Part shown: one piece after another, positions 61,601-64,000 of the stretch
Layout: each line of letters opens with the position of its first letter
Numbering within the stretch: the stretch's first letter is position 1
DNA from: an uncultured virus (IMG/VR IMGVR_UViG_3300021957_000019)
Lineage: Duplodnaviria; Heunggongvirae; Uroviricota; Caudoviricetes
Length of the DNA stretch: 64,000 bases
Virus record (IMG/VR): IMGVR_UViG_3300021957_000019
Reading direction: 5' to 3' (one strand)
Position numbers and translations under genes: made by a program
The notes under the pieces: model-generated
What the model saw: the letters and a program-made list of their open reading frames with translations, nothing else
Databases searched by the model: none
Told to the model about the DNA's origin: nothing

Positions 61601-64000
61601 TTTGGTTTATCCTGTAATTGATTCAAACACTGCTAGAATTCCATTCCCATTACACTGTTTAGGTGCGGTAGAAGGTGAAACAATTTCGGGAACAGAGTTT
61701 CAAACTAAATATGGTGAATCAATCACCTCAGTAGGTCCCGAAAATATAAACTGCAGTTTAATAACAACTAATAACCCGTACTCGACACTCACTAATACCT
61801 CGTCATACCAAAATCTACCGATACAATACCAAAACGGTGCGGGTCTTAAGAATTTTGGAATTCAGGTTGACCCTACAGTTTATAGTTTTACTTCAGGTGT
61901 TGTAGGAGATAGTTTAGATGAATTCTTAGATAGTACTGATTTATCTAATGGGTATGGATTTAATAATGGTGGGACATGTTATTACTTTACTCAAGAAACG
62001 TTAGGTACTCCCCAATTAATTTTAAAATGGAGTCAGATACTTCCTGATTATTGTAATGATGTGTCGTGTATATGTGCATCAACGACTCCATCGGTAACTC
62101 CGACAAATACCCCAACACCGACACCCTCGGCGTCTAATTTACCTGGATGTGTTTCAGGTCAAACAAACGGTGATTATACTTTTGTTGATTGTTGTGGAGT
62201 AACACAAAGAGGTTCTTCACTTGGTGTCACGTTCTGTGTTGATACTTCAGCGTATTATTCAGGAATAACATTGACTTATAATGAATGTGTACCTAGTTGT
62301 GACGAAGGTCCGTTAGAAATAGTATTCTCAGCGACACCTGACTGTGGTAGTTTAGGGTCTATTTTCATAGACGTTCAGGGGGGTACAAAACCATACCTAA
62401 TACAGAACACTTCACCGGGTACAGTACCTGATACGTCAGGTAACGGTCCGTTTACGTTTAATAACTTAGTTGCAGGTACTTACGTATTTAATGTAAGTGA
62501 CTCTACAATACCGAACAGTAGATTAACAACACTACAAATCATAATTCCTGATTGTTTTGATGTTGAAATAGAAGCCTTAGATGTTCCATGTAACGATACG
62601 ACTGGTTCAATCATAATCAGTGGAGATAGTAACAACTATCCTTATACGATTCTTTTGTATCAGAACAGTATTCTTTTCCAAACTGTAACAACAGACATCA
62701 ACCCATATTCATTCGACAGTGGTATTATACCATCTAGTTATTATGCGGTGGTTACTGACGGTACAGGTCAAGAAATTACTACATCTACAGTAAACGTAAG
62801 TCAATCTAATAATGTTGACTTCGGAGTTTCAATAACAGGTGCTAGTCCATGTAATTACTTTAATAATGGGTACGGTGAAGTCACAGGATTAACAGGTACT
62901 CCACCATATACATTCCAATGGTCTAATGGTGGAACAACACAAATAGTAGATAATTTACCACCTGGAAATGGTAGTGTAATTGTTACAGACAGTAATGGAT
63001 GTACAAAACTTGAAAACTTTGTTGTAGGTAATTTAAGTTCATTAGGTGTTTCTTCAGTTACAGGTACACAACCTGACTGTTTTAATTGTAATGGTTCATT
63101 AACATTTACTATTACAGGTGGAACCCCACCTTATAGTTTCTCAGCGAGTACTGGTGAGTTACAGTCGGGTGGAGAAACATTTACCCTAAACAACTTATGT
63201 GCAGGTGCACATACAATATACGTTCAAGATTCGGGTGAGTGTGATTTAACATACTCGTCCACACTAACATCTACCGCTGGTTTTTCTGTGGTCTCAGTTT
63301 TATCTCAAAATTCTGACTGTGGTGAAAATGGTGAAATTACAATAAACATTGAAGGTGTTACAGGTATTGTAACGTATTCTATTACGGGTAATACAGGATA
63401 TAGTGAAAGTGCTAGTAGTTCATCACAAACACACACCTTCAATAATTTAGCCTCAGACACGTACACCATAGAGGTGACATCGAATAGTGGTTGTAAATAT
63501 ACCACAACTAAAACAATTGAGAATGAGAATAAATTCACTATTGATGTTTCACAAATTACAGGTACAACATGTGGTACAAATAATGGTGAAGTAAATATAG
63601 TTGTTAGTAGTGGAAGTACCTCAATACAGTACCCTCTAAGTTATAATGTCAAAAGAATAAGTGATGGGTTTACCATCTATAATAATATTAATTCTAATAG
63701 TGACACATTAAACTTAACAGGTTTAAATAGTGGTTCATATGAGGTTTCTGTAACAGACAATAACGGTTGTGTTAACTTAAACTATTTTACTATTTCCGAA
63801 AGTACTGGTGGGGTACAAGCAATACTTTATAGTACAAATTGTGTGTCGGGTGATGATGGCACTGCGACATTAGAAATAGTTGAGGGTAGTGCACCATTCA
63901 CAATAATATGGTCCAACGGAGTTACCAACCAAAATTACCTTTCTGGTTTATCGGGAGGTACGTATAGTGTTACTGTAGTTGATAGTGATGGTTGTACCAT
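55689..64000 (+). CDS. giant Cys-rich adhesin/fibre-like protein with VWA domains and SprB-like repeats (runs off the window; missing from the ORF track)
   Basis: The ATG at 55689 overlaps the upstream TGA. The frame reads MSFTKYILQSCDGN... and appears open to the window end (spot-translated; the track lists no closed ORF in this frame). It contains DIVILLDESGS, DIVVLMDQSGS and DIVVLVDQSGS VWA starts, PT linkers, and GGTPPY...VTD.NGC repeats. Confidence 0.85.
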   Translation, partial: MSFTKYILQSCDGNLKYRVNFTGTTNLNVGETWSVECGGIESGCYYIEQNTDEVLEEYNSDECTFVEFDDCEGCEASIGNTVAAVNINEYRQCDDDTRPPLTDGSNNIIVIKYPTGSPYSGQDSILFEDDYGNFHCFSYFDTYINNPTAGVTGVSGFTDCESCIATCDTQDIVILLDESGSVTSSNFTSMKNGVVEIANQLESQMDLGLIQLSAYKWSDCGGVDLISDLTTSHTSFVNAVNGAGYGGGGTYATTALNTAYSQLEGSNANPNSNKTIILITDGGLADYNNTGCSGISATQMASQMKLGFYGTLDSIKIIAVNISSGSPGQLINIASGSENYFSAATFNDWETTVAQEVADVGCDENPFYGESFDFYKAEHCCDFNGDNFLPDVYVAIPDSYTYSSDDGFYLDENCYSLFNPPNNLYSGGTTAVIEVGDIISNVCASCNCNNYKVGIFRSCCFYSNGTPTTEIPDIYLGIDLSDGWIPGPNDNAIEYSGNCYTLIGYSTTESPIDFVSTFESSCDKIRPYCPQCPDPSPTPTVTSSLTPTVTPTVTITPTNTQTPTPTVSTTPTPTPTTSASLFTAQKFSACTPSESTDIVPYLHGITAYTYSSVEYTVPLVINNVCDLSPMMNSSFEITKNDIYVAAYYHFNSSSCDAPFIDINGDGCITTADITYYIANGYVGNTDVVYTLSSESSCQLPNVVYGTGLTATCTGIVADTGCTWNLEIADRTQHCMTYLGEVETTEPIYVESLITEYSDCNTCLGFCNPQDIVVLMDQSGSVGSANWQDMQDGVIAIANDLEDRMNLGEVRMAAIRWSNCGSTTEVIGLTNNHTDFTNAVDTAPFNGGGTYASQALSDAYDLLDVDNLNAEKSIILITDGGISDFTNQLCGLPSTSQLANQMKAGTYDSGVSIKIYTVNITNGNNLQLNSLSSGPNFQFSATDFDDFVNNVSGQIADNSCEENPFTGSSYNWYESTPCCTTFGLPDIVVALETGTTPTLTTDGFVYNGNCYTFNSLTGDTFSGSSVYTVLPTDIITNACSDSICSCSNLEKIFLRNCCDVTDKIQVLYSGGTPTEGQGLGYDDKCYTYKGDTSGVDVGITTDTLIDDICLSGFCDCTVSGCGLQDIVVLVDQSGSIVSDFDDIKTGVVNIANSLEGNMDSGEVKIGIIKWSSCGNVDEVIDLTDNHTNFVNAANNMSPDGGGTQVSNALEQAYNMLNGGNSTLGAEKNILLITDGQISDVTVPCSLASLSASQLTSQMTLGLFSNGVQVKIQTIGVGSGINVGQLETLASSPDLAYTADFDTFASDISNQIALTSCDENPVGDNPDLVYWNASGCCENLNLPDIVVSVSADTTVLDSYSFVFNSVCYTFTSLAGDSESGSTVDFIYETNIYTDGCANPRCGDCNTDYKLYELENCCDETDTIVIVYSGGTTTLGYGLEYDEKCYNYKGNVGTGTPVLNTDTLLPNICINGPTSGFCQTCGTPTPTPTNSVTPTITPSNTVTPTITPTNTPTPTPTLSTVACNSGTSDFIGGWLKESWDGTATNEYFQTRLIQVLPPDLPDPGNLNAPINFDKIIIDRYSQGNVDQETELIALDGGNSGIITLDYFDGSLIYYPILGITYNTLQEQLEVDLGPLINTQLTSYVNGVSYGICIRSSTTSNTPTPTITPTVTPTITVSPSITPSITTTPAQTLTPTPSVTPSEVTTEVWEAAACCDRSDTLLVEVPVPETKVFVFYDGTSLDEASATQASDSIREWYDEKVSDGDLSGGNLYEGVVGAVSNNGENWLWWSSYPYLGSMTGGTLSTSEQINEFGSDSSDVVEFSIADSGWCQNSSGECRPKSTEFNDSNTTYRRINRGQNIATGINDTRTNGVPFDHNTELNNTANSGPGTFNGGISDYIVILVADEADGAVGLYHPRIQKSNLTVDGFSLYSSVSEPQYWEPSAGNQPSTRFEADYEAYLKVWRDIQLIGGRVNGLVYPVIDSNTARIPFPLHCLGAVEGETISGTEFQTKYGESITSVGPENINCSLITTNNPYSTLTNTSSYQNLPIQYQNGAGLKNFGIQVDPTVYSFTSGVVGDSLDEFLDSTDLSNGYGFNNGGTCYYFTQETLGTPQLILKWSQILPDYCNDVSCICASTTPSVTPTNTPTPTPSASNLPGCVSGQTNGDYTFVDCCGVTQRGSSLGVTFCVDTSAYYSGITLTYNECVPSCDEGPLEIVFSATPDCGSLGSIFIDVQGGTKPYLIQNTSPGTVPDTSGNGPFTFNNLVAGTYVFNVSDSTIPNSRLTTLQIIIPDCFDVEIEALDVPCNDTTGSIIISGDSNNYPYTILLYQNSILFQTVTTDINPYSFDSGIIPSSYYAVVTDGTGQEITTSTVNVSQSNNVDFGVSITGASPCNYFNNGYGEVTGLTGTPPYTFQWSNGGTTQIVDNLPPGNGSVIVTDSNGCTKLENFVVGNLSSLGVSSVTGTQPDCFNCNGSLTFTITGGTPPYSFSASTGELQSGGETFTLNNLCAGAHTIYVQDSGECDLTYSSTLTSTAGFSVVSVLSQNSDCGENGEITINIEGVTGIVTYSITGNTGYSESASSSSQTHTFNNLASDTYTIEVTSNSGCKYTTTKTIENENKFTIDVSQITGTTCGTNNGEVNIVVSSGSTSIQYPLSYNVKRISDGFTIYNNINSNSDTLNLTGLNSGSYEVSVTDNNGCVNLNYFTISESTGGVQAILYSTNCVSGDDGTATLEIVEGSAPFTIIWSNGVTNQNYLSGLSGGTYSVTVVDSDGCT
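56190..59645 (+). repeat. three diverged tandem VWA + Cys-rich modules
   Basis: Units start near 56199, 57996 and 59058. Each has QDIV..LD.SGS, (K/R)WS.CG, GGGT, ILITDG and C(D/E)ENP, followed by CC...LPDI.V...CY. Confidence 0.85.
62330..64000 (+). repeat. tandem SprB-like beta repeats
   Basis: Repeated C....G.I.....GG.PPY.....G......NL..G.Y.V.V.D..GC units, e.g. GTPPYTFQWSNG...VTDSNGC and GSAPFTIIWSNG...GLSGGTYSVTVVDSDGC. Confidence 0.75.

Noticed and set aside
1790..63538. Many short antisense or alternate-frame ORFs in the track (e.g. 2908-3177, 18578-18952, 44047-44349, 57929-58210)
   Set aside because: They lie inside well-supported long genes and look like shadow ORFs with no recognisable motifs.
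1..64000. Stop-codon reassignment: none of the called genes ends in TAG
   Set aside because: All long genes are intact under code 11 with no in-frame TAG needing readthrough. TAG avoidance alone is common in AT-rich genomes.

Overview
This is a 64-kb, AT-rich, gene-dense segment of a large (probably jumbo) contractile-tailed dsDNA phage with distantly T4-like core genes, read in the standard bacterial code. Replication, recombination and nucleotide genes (family B DNA polymerase, SNF2 helicase, gp32-like SSB, RecA/UvsX, 5'-3' exonuclease, DnaB-like helicase, class Ia RNR with the ATP-cone on the small subunit) are interleaved with neck, tail and baseplate genes (gp13/14/15-like, sheath, tube, chaperone pair, tape measure, hub, gp25, gp6, and several large baseplate proteins). 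The window ends in a >2,770-codon Cys-rich VWA/SprB-repeat adhesin-like ORF that the ORF track omits. A-rich starts without Shine-Dalgarno motifs, SprB-like repeats and the ATP-cone-NrdB suggest a Bacteroidota (Flavobacteriia-like) host; this is inference. Main leads: (1) a Mn/Fe-SOD fused to a PD-(D/E)xK-like nuclease domain; (2) a shared E-cleavage-type N-terminal leader on several unrelated proteins, suggesting capsid-packaged cargo; (3) a probable programmed frameshift in the tail chaperone genes; (4) an OmpA-like domain inserted in a tube-initiator-like baseplate protein; (5) a recurring TATTTAT upstream motif; (6) a pervasive [S/T]-G-x-T motif in virion proteins; (7) two unannotated small ORFs. 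No tRNA, rRNA, CRISPR array, integrase or intein was seen. All family assignments come from motif recognition by eye; no database searches were run.
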